From Nitrospinota bacterium (lineage in GTDB: Bacteria > UBA8248): a stretch of DNA of 64,000 bases. The position numbers and the translations under genes were made by a program. Positions within the stretch are counted from its first letter, which is position 1; each line of letters opens with the position of its first letter. Below are positions 9,607 through 19,338 of this stretch, in pieces. The notes beneath the pieces were generated by a model. The model did not search any database. It saw only the letters and a list, made by a program, of their open reading frames with translations, and was not told the origin of the DNA. The stretch lies in the NCBI GenBank assembly GCA_046581755.1, contig JAYGFR010000103.1:32001-96000 (forward strand), read 5' to 3'.

Positions 9607-10764
9607 TTAAGAGACCCTTCGGAGCCGCCGCCGATTCTTACCACTGGGGCGGAGCGCCTCTCCGCCGAGGACGACGCATACCGCTTCGAGCATCCGCCCG
9701 CCCCGCCGATGGGCACCCTCCGAGTCGGTGAACCGGAACCTCCCCTCCCTCATCCGCAGCACCGCCACATCCCCCCGCGCGCCGGGCCGGAGGGTTCCGA
9801 TCTCGCCCTCCATCCCGAGCCAAGCCGCCGCCGTCTGGGTGCTCAGGCGCACCACCTGGCCGAGCGAAAAGCCCAGCGCCAGGAACTTGCTCATCAGGTT
9901 CGGAAAATCATAGACGGGCCCGTCGATGCAATGGGTGTGAAGATCCGTGCTCAGGTTGCCGGGCATGAGCCCCTGGGCCATCGCGGCATCGAGCGTATCG
10001 AAACTGAAACTCGCCCGCCCGTGGGCAACGTCGAGGAGGATTCCCCGGTCCCGCGCCTCCCATACCGCCCGGCGGACCCGCCCCCGCCGATCGAGGATGC
10101 CCTCGGCCCTTCCGTGAAAGGCGTGGGTGAGGACATCGCCCGGGCGGAGCTTTTTGAGGATCTTGGGCAGCGAGTCGGGCGTGTCGCCCACATGCACCAT
10201 GAGAGGCACCCTCAGGGCCCTTGAGGCATCGAGGGCGGCATCGAGCGGCCTGCCCCCGCTGCGCTCGACCACGTTCCGGCTCAGGCGGACTTTCATGCCG
10301 AGGAGAATGTCCCGGTTCCTCCCATAACACTCCACCGCGTCCTCCACCCGGAGCGCCCGCATGTCCACGTTCTCCCCCAGCCCGTCGATGAGGAGGCCGC
10401 CCGCCGAGATGTTGAGAAACGCGCGAGTGGTCATCCGCGCCGGATCGAGGAATCCGCTCCTGAAAGTGGAGAACGTCTGGGAGCCCGCGCTGCCGGTGTC
10501 CACCGCCGCCGTCACCCCGCGCGCGAGCATGGACGCCTCGAGGTTCATCCCGTAGTGGCTCACCCCCTCGAAGAAATGACAGTGCAAATCGACGAGACCG
10601 GGCGTGACGATCCGCCCCCGCGCGTTCAGCGTGGGCCTTCCGCGCGGCTCGATGCGGGGCGCGATGCGGCGGACGCAGCCCGCGCGAATCTCCACGTCCA
10701 TCGTCCCCTCGAGGTCCTGGGAGGGATCGACCACATAGCCGCCTCGAATGATCAGATCGGACAC
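9607..10764 (-). CDS. Amidohydrolase/deacetylase-family metallohydrolase (dihydroorotase-like)
   Basis: Start reassigned to GTG (SDLIIRGGYVVDP). PGLVDLHCH, DTGSAG, GMKVR, MVHVG, LTHAFHG, DVAHG, STDLH. Confidence 0.88.
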   Translation of the reverse strand: MSDLIIRGGYVVDPSQDLEGTMDVEIRAGCVRRIAPRIEPRGRPTLNARGRIVTPGLVDLHCHFFEGVSHYGMNLEASMLARGVTAAVDTGSAGSQTFSTFRSGFLDPARMTTRAFLNISAGGLLIDGLGENVDMRALRVEDAVECYGRNRDILLGMKVRLSRNVVERSGGRPLDAALDASRALRVPLMVHVGDTPDSLPKILKKLRPGDVLTHAFHGRAEGILDRRGRVRRAVWEARDRGILLDVAHGRASFSFDTLDAAMAQGLMPGNLSTDLHTHCIDGPVYDFPNLMSKFLALGFSLGQVVRLSTQTAAAWLGMEGEIGTLRPGARGDVAVLRMREGRFRFTDSEGAHRRGGRMLEAVCVVLGGEALRPSGKNRRRLRRVS

Positions 10765-10951
10765 GGCACACTCCCCCGGTTCGAATTTCCGGCTCTGGAA
10801 ATCGCCACTTTGAAACCCGCCGTTTTTGTAGATCCCCACAAAGCCTACTTCGCCTCCCGGCGCCGGGCAAACCCGTCCGCCCGCATTGACAGTGCGAAGC
10901 TCCCCGGAGGAACATGGCTCCCAATCCATTTCCTTTTCGACGGAGCGAGAA

Positions 10952-12124
10952 ATGACGCCGCAGACCGAAACCCCCCTGCCCTTCGACCTCACCGAGCCCC
11001 AGCAAATGCTCCGCAAGATGGTGCGCGAACTGACCGAGCGCCACATCGCTCCCCGGGCCGCCGAGATCGACGAGCGGGACGAATACCCCGAGGACATCTA
11101 CCAGCTCCTCAAGGATCACGGGCTCCTTGGCATATTCTTTCCCGAGGAATACGGCGGCGGGGGCATGGGGTTTTTCGGCGGCTGCATCGCCGTCGAGGAG
11201 ATCGCCCGCTTCTGCTCGAACAGCCTCATCCCCATCGTCCTCAACATGCTCGCGAGCCGCGTCATCGACCTGAGCGGAACCGAGGAGCAGAAAAAACACT
11301 ACATGACCGGTCTCGCCAAGGGCGAGCTCCGGGGCTCCTACGCCCTCACCGAGCCCCATGCCGGCTCCGACGCCGGGAACATCCGCACCCGCGCTGACCT
11401 CGAGGGGGAGGAATGGGTGATCAACGGGCAAAAGGCCTTCTGCACCGGCCCCGACAAGGCGGACTTCATCACCGTGGCCGCCAAGACGGACCCCTCGGCG
11501 GGAACGCGGGGGATCACCTACTTCATCGTGCCCACCGACACCCCCGGCTTCAGCGTCGGCCGCCACGAGCGGAAGATGGGCATGCGGGGCGTTTCCACCT
11601 GCGAGCTGATTTTCGAGAACGTGGCCATCCCCAAGGAGAACCAGGTCGGCGAGGTGAACCGGGGCTTCAAGACCGCCATGATCGGTTTTAACCAGATGCG
11701 CCCGGTCATCGGCGCGCGCGCGGTGGGCCTGGCCCAGGGCTGCCTCGACTACTCCCTCGGCTACGCCAAGGAGCGCGAGGCCTTCGGGGTACCCATCGCC
11801 CAGCACCAGGCCGTCCAGTTCATGCTCGCCGACATGTTCCTCGACATCGAGGCCGCGCGGCTGCTCGTCTACCGGGCGGCGGCGCTGGTGGACGCGGGGA
11901 AGATCGGAAAAGAGAACGCCCGCTACTTCTCGGCCGCCAAGACCTTCGCCGCCGACATGGCCATGAAGGTGGCCATCGACAGCATCCAGGTCCTCGGCGG
12001 GGCGGGCTACATGAAAGACCACCCGCTCGAGCGCTTCATGCGCGACGCCAAACAGATTCAAATCGTCGAGGGCACCAGCCAGATTCAGCGCATCATCATC
12101 GCCCGCAACCTGCTGGACTTGTGA
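10952..12124 (+). CDS. Acyl-CoA dehydrogenase
   Basis: ALTEPHAGSDA, INGQKAF, KMGMRG, REAFG, QVLGGAGY, ERFMRDAKQIQIVEGTSQIQR. Confidence 0.95.
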   Translation: MTPQTETPLPFDLTEPQQMLRKMVRELTERHIAPRAAEIDERDEYPEDIYQLLKDHGLLGIFFPEEYGGGGMGFFGGCIAVEEIARFCSNSLIPIVLNMLASRVIDLSGTEEQKKHYMTGLAKGELRGSYALTEPHAGSDAGNIRTRADLEGEEWVINGQKAFCTGPDKADFITVAAKTDPSAGTRGITYFIVPTDTPGFSVGRHERKMGMRGVSTCELIFENVAIPKENQVGEVNRGFKTAMIGFNQMRPVIGARAVGLAQGCLDYSLGYAKEREAFGVPIAQHQAVQFMLADMFLDIEAARLLVYRAAALVDAGKIGKENARYFSAAKTFAADMAMKVAIDSIQVLGGAGYMKDHPLERFMRDAKQIQIVEGTSQIQRIIIARNLLDL

Positions 12125-12290
12125 CCGGTACGGCGTTTTCTCTCTCCGCCTCGTTGCCCCGGGTTTCCCCTCCGTGCTAGATTCCCACTCGGATATCGTT
12201 CGGCGGGCGGGCCCTCTCCGGCCCCTTTCCGATCCGCCGCCGCTGGCCGGCGGCTTTGCTTTCAACGAATCTATACTCGGGGGAATCGGG

Positions 12291-12683
12291 GTGCCCAAAG
12301 AGCAAATCGTCCCGGAAACGGTAAAACCCGTCGCGGCCTATTCCACCGGATTCAAGGTCTCGGGCGGGAGCCTCATCATGCTCGCGGGCATGGTCTCGGC
12401 CGACACCGAGGGCAACACGGTCGGCGAGGGCGACATCGGCGCCCAGACCCAGAAGGTGTTCGACAATATCCGGGAAACGCTCGAGGCCGCCGGCGCGGGC
12501 TTGAAGGACATCATCCGCCTCACGGTCTACCTGACCGACCGGGCGGACTTTCCGGGCCACATGAAAGTGCGCTCGGGGCTCCTCACCGAGCCCTACCCGG
12601 CGAGCACCCTGCTGATCATCAGCGGCCTCGCCAGGCCCGAGTGGCTTGTCGAGATCGATACCGTCGCCTTCATCGAGGATTAA
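12291..12683 (+). CDS. RidA/YjgF/UK114 family protein
   Basis: AYS, AGMVS, QTQKVFDNI...LEAAG, PYPASTLL, LVEID. Confidence 0.9.
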   Translation: MPKEQIVPETVKPVAAYSTGFKVSGGSLIMLAGMVSADTEGNTVGEGDIGAQTQKVFDNIRETLEAAGAGLKDIIRLTVYLTDRADFPGHMKVRSGLLTEPYPASTLLIISGLARPEWLVEIDTVAFIED

Positions 12684-12692
12684 CCGCAGGCC

Positions 12693-13559
12693 ATGAACGC
12701 TCAGAGCCAGGACCGCTCCCCGCGCGAGGCCCTCGTCATCGTCAAGGGCGCAGGCGATCTCGCCACCGGCATCATTCACCGCCTGTGGCGGAGCGGGTTT
12801 CCGGTCATCGCCACCGAGATTGAAAACCCCACCATGGTGCGGCGGACGGTCTCTTTCGCCGAGTGTCTCTACGCGGGGCGCCACACCGTCGAAGGCGTGG
12901 CGACCGAGCGCGCTGAGGGCGCCACGGTGGCCGAGAAACTCGCGTCCGCCAGAAAACTCCTCGATACGGGAACCCTGCCCGTCGTCATCGACCCGGGCGC
13001 GGAGATCGTCCCCCTCGCGCGGCCGGCCGCCCTGGTGGACGCCATCATCGCCAAGCGGAACCTGGGGACCCGGATCGATCAGGCCGAGGCGGTGATCGGA
13101 ATTGGGCCCGGCTTTACCGCCGGGGTGGACGCGCACGCCGTCATCGAGACCGCCCGCGGGCACGATATCGGCCGGGTCATCCTCGATGGAGGGGCCGAGC
13201 CCAACACGGGCGTTCCGGGCCCGATCGGGGGCTACACGGTGGAGCGGCTTTTGCGCGCTCCGGCGGCGGGCGCCTTCGAGCCGCGCACGGCCATCGGCGA
13301 TGCGGTCCGGGCGGGCGATGTCGTTGCGGTGGTGGGCGGCGCCGAGGTGAAGGCCGGGATCGACGGGGTTCTCAGGGGGCTTCTCCGCGAGGGAATCGAG
13401 GTCACCGAAGGTTTTAAGGTGGGCGACGTGGACCCGCGCGCGAAGACCTCGCACTGCCATACGATATCGGATAAATCGCGCGCCATCGGGGGCGGAGCTC
13501 TCGAGGCCATCATGATGTTTCTTTTTGGGGTGGAAACCGCCGCGGAGCAAACGCATTGA
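12693..13559 (+). CDS. yqeB: Selenium-dependent molybdenum hydroxylase system protein (YqeB/EF2563 family)
   Basis: VKGAGDLATG, PTMVRRTVSFAE, DAIIAKRNLGT, GPGFTAG, ETARGHDIGR, PNTGVPG, KVGDVDPR, ISDKSRAIGGG. Confidence 0.92.
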   Translation: MNAQSQDRSPREALVIVKGAGDLATGIIHRLWRSGFPVIATEIENPTMVRRTVSFAECLYAGRHTVEGVATERAEGATVAEKLASARKLLDTGTLPVVIDPGAEIVPLARPAALVDAIIAKRNLGTRIDQAEAVIGIGPGFTAGVDAHAVIETARGHDIGRVILDGGAEPNTGVPGPIGGYTVERLLRAPAAGAFEPRTAIGDAVRAGDVVAVVGGAEVKAGIDGVLRGLLREGIEVTEGFKVGDVDPRAKTSHCHTISDKSRAIGGGALEAIMMFLFGVETAAEQTH

Positions 13560-14443
13560 GCATCGAGACCTTTACCGAAGTCGTCGAAAACGGGACCTAC
13601 CGGATCGGGCGGAGCGTCATTTCGATCAACCATGAGAACGAGGACAATCCGTTCGTCCCCGGCCCGCAGTTCTACATTTCCGCCGGGAACTCGCTTGAGC
13701 GGATATCCTGGGCGGTCAGCCAGAGTCTGCCCGTCCTCCTGGTGGGCGAAACCGGGGTGGGCAAAACGCTCTCGATCCGCCATCTGGCCCACATGACCCG
13801 GAACGGCTTCCGCCGCGTCAACCTGAACGGGATGACCACGGTGGACGAGTTCGTCGGCAAGCTCATGATCAACGAAAAGGGCACCTACTGGATCAACGGC
13901 ATCCTGATCGAGGCGATGGAGGCCGGCGACTGGCTTCTCATCGACGAGATCAACGCCTGCCTGCCCGAGATCGCCTTTTGTCTCCACAGCCTGCTCGACG
14001 ACGACCGGATGATCGTCCTCTCGGAGTACGACGGGCGGATCGTGCGCCCCCACCCGGATTTCCGCCTCTTCGCCAGCATGAACCCGAACGAAAACCGCCG
14101 CTACGGCGGAACGAAACCGCTCAACGAGGCTCTGCTCGACCGCTTTCCGCTCACCCTGAAGATGGACTACCTCCCCTTCGACGCGGAGGTCGAGGTGACC
14201 ATGCACCAGAGCGGAAACGAAGACCGGGCGCTTGTCGAGCGGATGGTCCGGGTGGCGCAGGATGTCCGCGAGGCCATGGAAAACGAGAAAATATTCTCCA
14301 CCTTCAGCACCCGGAGGCTCATCGACTGGGCGCGCATGGCCGCGCAGTTCGATCCGATGGAAGCCGCCACCTCGACCATCTTCAGCAAGGTCAATCCGTT
14401 CGATGCGAAGGTGATCGAGGACATCCTCGACAACCACTTTTAG
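13556..14443 (+). CDS. MoxR-type AAA+ ATPase, CbbQ/NirQ/NorQ-like
   Basis: Walker A GETGVGKT, Walker B LLIDEIN, FASMNP, ALLDRF, C-terminal STRRLIDW. TTG start overlaps the yqeB stop. Confidence 0.88.
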   Translation: MSIETFTEVVENGTYRIGRSVISINHENEDNPFVPGPQFYISAGNSLERISWAVSQSLPVLLVGETGVGKTLSIRHLAHMTRNGFRRVNLNGMTTVDEFVGKLMINEKGTYWINGILIEAMEAGDWLLIDEINACLPEIAFCLHSLLDDDRMIVLSEYDGRIVRPHPDFRLFASMNPNENRRYGGTKPLNEALLDRFPLTLKMDYLPFDAEVEVTMHQSGNEDRALVERMVRVAQDVREAMENEKIFSTFSTRRLIDWARMAAQFDPMEAATSTIFSKVNPFDAKVIEDILDNHF

Positions 14444-14455
14444 GCAGGCCACGGC

Positions 14456-16228
14456 ATGGAACCCCGCCGAAACCGCCTCGAAATCCTGGCCCAGGTCGCC
14501 GCGCACGACTACGAACTCGATCTGCGCTACGGCGACACCGGCCGCCAGGAAAAGAAAACCATCCATATCGAAGACCCGGAGCGCACCCTCGATCGGCTCA
14601 GGGGCGAGCTGAGCGATGCGCACGTCATCCGCTACCAGAAGGGAATGACCCTCATCGAGGTGGCCCACCGCCTGGAGGGGACGCTTCGCTGGGCCCTCCG
14701 GGCCGCCCGGGCCAGCCGCGAGCGTCCGGGCCTGTTTCAAATCTGGCACGCCGTCGAGGATGCACGCTGCGAGAACCGCCTGGCGGCCACGCTTCCGGGG
14801 ACGCGCAAGAATTTCATCGAGTTCATCCGCCCGGCCCTGAAGGAGGCGGAAATTCTCCACGCCCGGGGCGAGCTCTCGCTTTTCTTCCAGGTCCAGTGGG
14901 GGCTCTACCTGATCGGGCAGGGAATCGAGCCGGGGACGCGCGCGCCGGAGCCCAGCCATTTCGACACCCTCTGGCTGGAGCCCGGTGTCCTCGAATTCTT
15001 GGACGAGCTGAGACCCCTCGCCGTGCGGGCCGGCCAGGCCGATGGCCCGGCCGAGGCGTTCGAGTGCGCCGAGGCGCTCTACGCCGCCATCCGCGAGCGC
15101 CTGCCCGAGGAGCTTCTCTCCGAGGCCCTGCAGGATCTCCCTATCCCCGATATCCCCGAGGAGGTGCTTGAGAGGGCGGAGAATCAAGAAACCGCCGGCG
15201 CGGAGGGAGAGATGGAGGAAACCTTCGCCGCCGACCTGTCGGACACGGACGCCGAAATCGACGAAGAGGCCTTCGAGCTCACCGAGGAGGAGCTTTCCGC
15301 GCTCGGCCACTGGGCCAGCCCCTGGTTCGAGTTCAAGGGCCACTCGAAGGATATCCATCCCTCGGCGGTCCGCTCGGACGAGGGCACGATATTCATCCCG
15401 CCCGAGGGGAAATCCGAGGAATACCAGGCGATCGTCAATAACGCGAGCAGCCAGATCAAGGTGCTCGCCCTGAAACTGATGCAAATCATCCAGGAGCGGC
15501 GCTACACCCGCTACAGCGGCTCGTTCCGCTCCGGAAAACTCAACACCCCCAAGCTGTGGAAGCAGCGCCTCGGGAAATACCACCTCTTCCTCCGCCGCGA
15601 GAACCCCGAGCGCCTCGACATCTGCTTTACCCTGCTGGTGGACGAGAGCGGCAGCATGAACCGCGAGTCGAAATACCTGGCCGCGCGCGAGGCCACCGTC
15701 TTCTTCGCCGAGGTGCTCGACCGGGTGGAGGTCCCCTTCGAGGTCATCGGCTACTCGACCGAAAGCTCCGAGGCGGCGATGGCCGCTTCGCTGGGCCACG
15801 TGCCGGCCTTCAAATACCGCCACATCCGCCACTCCCCGCTCCAGCACAGAATTTACAAGGGCTTCGACGAGCCGTTTCAAGGCGCCAAGAACCGGCTCGT
15901 GAACATCCACCCCCGGTTCAACAACTGGGACGAGGAGCACCTTCAGTTCGCATACCGGCGGCTCCTCGGGAGGAGCGAAGCCGAGAAGGTCATCATCATC
16001 ACCTCGGACGGCCAGCCCAACGGCGATGCGAGCCATCTGGTCGAAACGGTCCACCGCCTTGAAAAACTCGGCGTCCGCATCATCGGCGTCGGCGTGGTCG
16101 ATCCCTTCGTCGAGCAGATTTACCCCAACTTCATCGTCGTCAAGCATCTCGATCAGCTTGCCGAGGAGCTGGTGGAGATTCTCCGCAGCGAGCTTCTCCG
16201 GAGCGGAAGGGGTGGCCGGGCCTCGTGA
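14456..16228 (+). CDS. VWA-domain partner protein (CbbO/NorD/CobT-like)
   Basis: AVEDARCE N-domain, acidic linker, RSGKLN, MIDAS DESGSM, ITSDGQP, IIGVGV. Confidence 0.85.
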   Translation: MEPRRNRLEILAQVAAHDYELDLRYGDTGRQEKKTIHIEDPERTLDRLRGELSDAHVIRYQKGMTLIEVAHRLEGTLRWALRAARASRERPGLFQIWHAVEDARCENRLAATLPGTRKNFIEFIRPALKEAEILHARGELSLFFQVQWGLYLIGQGIEPGTRAPEPSHFDTLWLEPGVLEFLDELRPLAVRAGQADGPAEAFECAEALYAAIRERLPEELLSEALQDLPIPDIPEEVLERAENQETAGAEGEMEETFAADLSDTDAEIDEEAFELTEEELSALGHWASPWFEFKGHSKDIHPSAVRSDEGTIFIPPEGKSEEYQAIVNNASSQIKVLALKLMQIIQERRYTRYSGSFRSGKLNTPKLWKQRLGKYHLFLRRENPERLDICFTLLVDESGSMNRESKYLAAREATVFFAEVLDRVEVPFEVIGYSTESSEAAMAASLGHVPAFKYRHIRHSPLQHRIYKGFDEPFQGAKNRLVNIHPRFNNWDEEHLQFAYRRLLGRSEAEKVIIITSDGQPNGDASHLVETVHRLEKLGVRIIGVGVVDPFVEQIYPNFIVVKHLDQLAEELVEILRSELLRSGRGGRAS

Positions 16229-17043
16229 GCGCCGGCGCGCTGTCCGGGGCCATCGGGCTCGGGCCCGGCCAGATTCTCGCGGCCGCCGGGGGCGGGGGTA
16301 AGACCAGCCTGCTCCGGGCGCTTGGAGAGGAATGCCACGCCGCCGGGATGCGCCCGGCCATCCTCACCCCCACCACCCACTTTTTCTCCCCCGAGCCGGC
16401 CGGGGAGGCCCCCCTTTTCCTGGGAGAGGTGGAAGCGGTGGACGCCCGCCTCCGCGAATACGGCGGGGAGTGGCCGGGCCCCCTCACGCTGGCCCGGCGG
16501 CGGACGGGGGAATCCCCCGTACCGGGGACGCCGGGCGAGAGGCGGATGAAGATGGGGGGGTATCGCGCCGATGAGATCGAACGCCTCCGCCGGCCGGGCG
16601 GTGTCGTCCTCGTGGAGGCGGACGGCGCGCGCGGGCTTCCGATCAAGGCGCCCGGACCGGACGAGCCGGTGATTCCGCCCGGGGCGGACATCGTCCTCGG
16701 GGTGGTGGGTCTGGATGCGCTCGGGGGGCCGATTGACGAAGCCCATGCCTTCCGCCCGGAAATCCTCTCTTCCCTGACCGGCCTCCCGCTCGGCGCTCCG
16801 GTGGATGCCGCGGCCATCGGCTGCCTCGCCGCCCACCCCGAGGGGCTGTTCCGGGGCGCCCCGAAATCCGCCCGGCGGGTCCTGATATGCAACAAATCCG
16901 ACCGGATCGGGCGGATGGAAAAACCGGAGCAAATCGGTTATATTATTGCGGAAATTGCATGTGCCCCGAACGGGCCGGCGGATCTGCTTCTTTTTACAGC
17001 ATGCCTTCCGTCCGGCCTCCGGGTGGGGCGGCCGGTTCCATAA
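16225..17043 (+). CDS. yqeC: Selenium cofactor biosynthesis protein YqeC family
   Basis: GGGGKTSLL, TPTTH, LVEADGARGLPIKAP..DEPVIP, VVGLDALG, CNKSD. GTG overlaps the upstream TGA. Confidence 0.9.
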   Translation: MSAGALSGAIGLGPGQILAAAGGGGKTSLLRALGEECHAAGMRPAILTPTTHFFSPEPAGEAPLFLGEVEAVDARLREYGGEWPGPLTLARRRTGESPVPGTPGERRMKMGGYRADEIERLRRPGGVVLVEADGARGLPIKAPGPDEPVIPPGADIVLGVVGLDALGGPIDEAHAFRPEILSSLTGLPLGAPVDAAAIGCLAAHPEGLFRGAPKSARRVLICNKSDRIGRMEKPEQIGYIIAEIACAPNGPADLLLFTACLPSGLRVGRPVP

Positions 17044-17111
17044 ACGGTGAAAAATCGACGGACCGATAAATGCGCCGCCGAACGCGGGGGCGAGAAAAGG
17101 ACCAATCGGAA

Positions 17112-18260
17112 ATGAGCAAAGACGTTTTTAAGGAAATGTCCGAGTTGAAGGAAAAAGGAACCCGCGGCGCCATCGCCACGGTCGTATCGAGGAAGGGCTC
17201 CGCTCCCATGAGCGGGGACGCCAAGATGCTCGTCCGCGAGGACGGAAGCACGATGGGAACCGTGGGCGGCGGATGCCTCGAGGCCGAGGTCTGGCAGACG
17301 GCGATGAACATCATCGAGGATGGCAGCCCGGAAAAGGTCTCCTTCGACCTGACCGCCGACGAGGCCGGGGACAGCGGTCACATCTGCGGCGGAACGGTGG
17401 AAATCTTCATCGAGCCCTTCGACGCCTACGATCCCGGCCTCCTCGCCGAGATCCTCGATGTCCGGAACCGTGGCCAAAGCGCCGTTCTGGCCACGGTGGT
17501 TCAGGTGGGGAGCGGGAAGGAATCCTCTCCCGATCAAAGGAAAATGCTAGTGAAGAGGAGCGGGACCATGATTGGCGAAATCCCCGATTTCGCCGCCGAG
17601 ATATGGCGTGAAAGCGGCCAGATCATGCGCCAGGGTCAGCCCTCACTGATGCAGTTTTGGGCCGGGGACGATCGCCCGGGGGCCAAGCGCCGCTCCGCCG
17701 GGGATGCGACAGAAATTTTCGTGGAGCCGATCACGGCCCAGCCGCTGGTCTACCTGTTCGGCGGCGGGCACGTCTCCTACTGCGTGGCGCTGGCCGCCCA
17801 GATGGCCGGGTTCCGGATCGCCGTCGTCGAGGACCGGCCCAGCTTCGCCAACAAGGAACGGTTCCCGATGGCGGAATCGTTCTATGTGGGCGAGCATCCC
17901 GCCATTTTCGACGAAATCCCGGTGGACGAATCCAACTACCTCACCATCATCACCCGCGGCCATGCAAATGACGAGATCATCCTGGAGTGGGCGCTCAAGA
18001 CCCCGGCCCGCTACATCGGCATGATCGGCTCAAAGAGCAAGGTTCTGCTGACCTACCGCCACCTGCGGGACAAGGGCTTCGACATGGACGAGATCATCCG
18101 CCGCGTCCATGCCCCCATCGGTCTCGACATCGGCGCCGACTCTCCCGGCGAGATAGGAATTTCCATCGCGGCCGAGTTCATCCGCCTCCGGCGCCAGGGG
18201 GAGGAAGCCATGCAGGACGCCCTTTCCAGCAAGAAAATCAACCTTCGGAAAAAATCTTGA
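17112..18260 (+). CDS. xdhC: XdhC/CoxI-family molybdenum cofactor maturation chaperone
   Basis: ATVVSRKGSAP, GTVGGGCLE, CGGTVEIFIE, LFGGGHV, ITRGH, YIGMIGS, HAPIGLDIGA..PGEIGISI. Confidence 0.93.
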   Translation: MSKDVFKEMSELKEKGTRGAIATVVSRKGSAPMSGDAKMLVREDGSTMGTVGGGCLEAEVWQTAMNIIEDGSPEKVSFDLTADEAGDSGHICGGTVEIFIEPFDAYDPGLLAEILDVRNRGQSAVLATVVQVGSGKESSPDQRKMLVKRSGTMIGEIPDFAAEIWRESGQIMRQGQPSLMQFWAGDDRPGAKRRSAGDATEIFVEPITAQPLVYLFGGGHVSYCVALAAQMAGFRIAVVEDRPSFANKERFPMAESFYVGEHPAIFDEIPVDESNYLTIITRGHANDEIILEWALKTPARYIGMIGSKSKVLLTYRHLRDKGFDMDEIIRRVHAPIGLDIGADSPGEIGISIAAEFIRLRRQGEEAMQDALSSKKINLRKKS

Positions 18261-18297
18261 CCGGAGCGGGCTTCCCCCGCCCCGCGGCCGTCCCGCC

Positions 18298-19082
18298 ATG
18301 CAGCGGTTTCTCAATTTATTGTCCGGCCTCTCCGATATTATTCTCCCGCGCTCGTGCCCCACATGCGGCGGCGCGCTACCCTTCGGGGGCGGCAGAGCCA
18401 TATGCGAAACTTGCCTGGAGGCGCTCGAGCGGACCTTGCCCCCCTGGTGCCCCGTATGCGGAAAACCGTTCCGCTCGGAATTCACCCTCTCCTATTCCCC
18501 GGACCACCTTTGCGCCGAGTGCCGCGAATGGCCGCCGGATTTCGATGGGGCCCGCGCCCTGGGCCCCTACGATGGCGCCCTTCGTAATCTGGTTCATCTG
18601 ATCAAATACCACGGCTACACCTCCCTTGCCGCCGAGCTGGGGGTAGAACTCAGCCAGCGGGCCCGGCAGGAATTTCCCGGTGCCGCTGATGCGGGAGACG
18701 GATTGATAACGTTCGTTCCCATCGCCCGGAAACCTGGAAAGAGCGCGGCTTCGATCAGGCCCGGCTTCTCGCCCAGAGCACCGCCGGGCGCCTGGGAGTG
18801 GCATTCGCGCCCACTCTCGAGAGGAGAGCCCCCTCGGCCCCCCAGACACGCCTGACGGCCAAGCGGAGGAGAAAAATCCTGCGCGGCGTTTTCTCCTCTC
18901 TCAACCCGCCCGCCTCGGAGGGGAAACGGGTCATTTTGATCGACGATGTTCTGACAACCGGCTCGACGGCCTCGGCCTGCGCCCGGGAACTCAAAATAGC
19001 GGGTGCATTATCCGTAAGTGTCTTGACCATTTGTCTTACTGTGATAAAAGGAATTCAGAATTTAATATTTTATTTATGCTGA
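18298..19082 (+). pseudogene. comF: ComF-family (double zinc ribbon plus PRTase) protein, frameshifted near 18725
   Basis: Frame 1 has four CxxC motifs and runs to FVPI. The conserved RGFDQA motif and VILIDDVLTTGST lie in another frame. Adding one base at about 18725-18727 restores a full ORF. May be an assembly error. Confidence 0.8.
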
Positions 19083-19171
19083 GAGTTATCTTAACTGCAA
19101 GAATTTAAAATGGTTAAGTCATGCAATGCAAATAGTTAAAAAAGGTAAATATATTTAAATAAAAAAAATAC

Positions 19172-19200
19172 TTGAAATAATTATGGGTAAAGCGTATTTT
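19172..19200 (+). promoter_or_regulatory. sigma70-like promoter upstream of the XRE regulator
   Basis: TTGAAA-N17-TATTTT, plus a TATAAT at 19207-19212, in a very AT-rich intergenic region. Confidence 0.5.
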
Positions 19201-19338
19201 TGAATTTATAATTTAGGGAGATTTGAGGATCTCAGGGTTTATTTAACCCCAAACAGTCCGTAATATGGTGAAGCTAGGAAATGGAGCGAGTGGCCATAGG
19301 TTCTACTACTGGACTATGCGAAACGGAAGTGGAGAACG

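Noticed and set aside
12693..18260. Selenocysteine (in-frame TGA) recoding in the Se-related cluster
   Set aside because: All TGA codons fall at natural protein ends, and YqeB/YqeC relate to labile Se cofactors rather than Sec.
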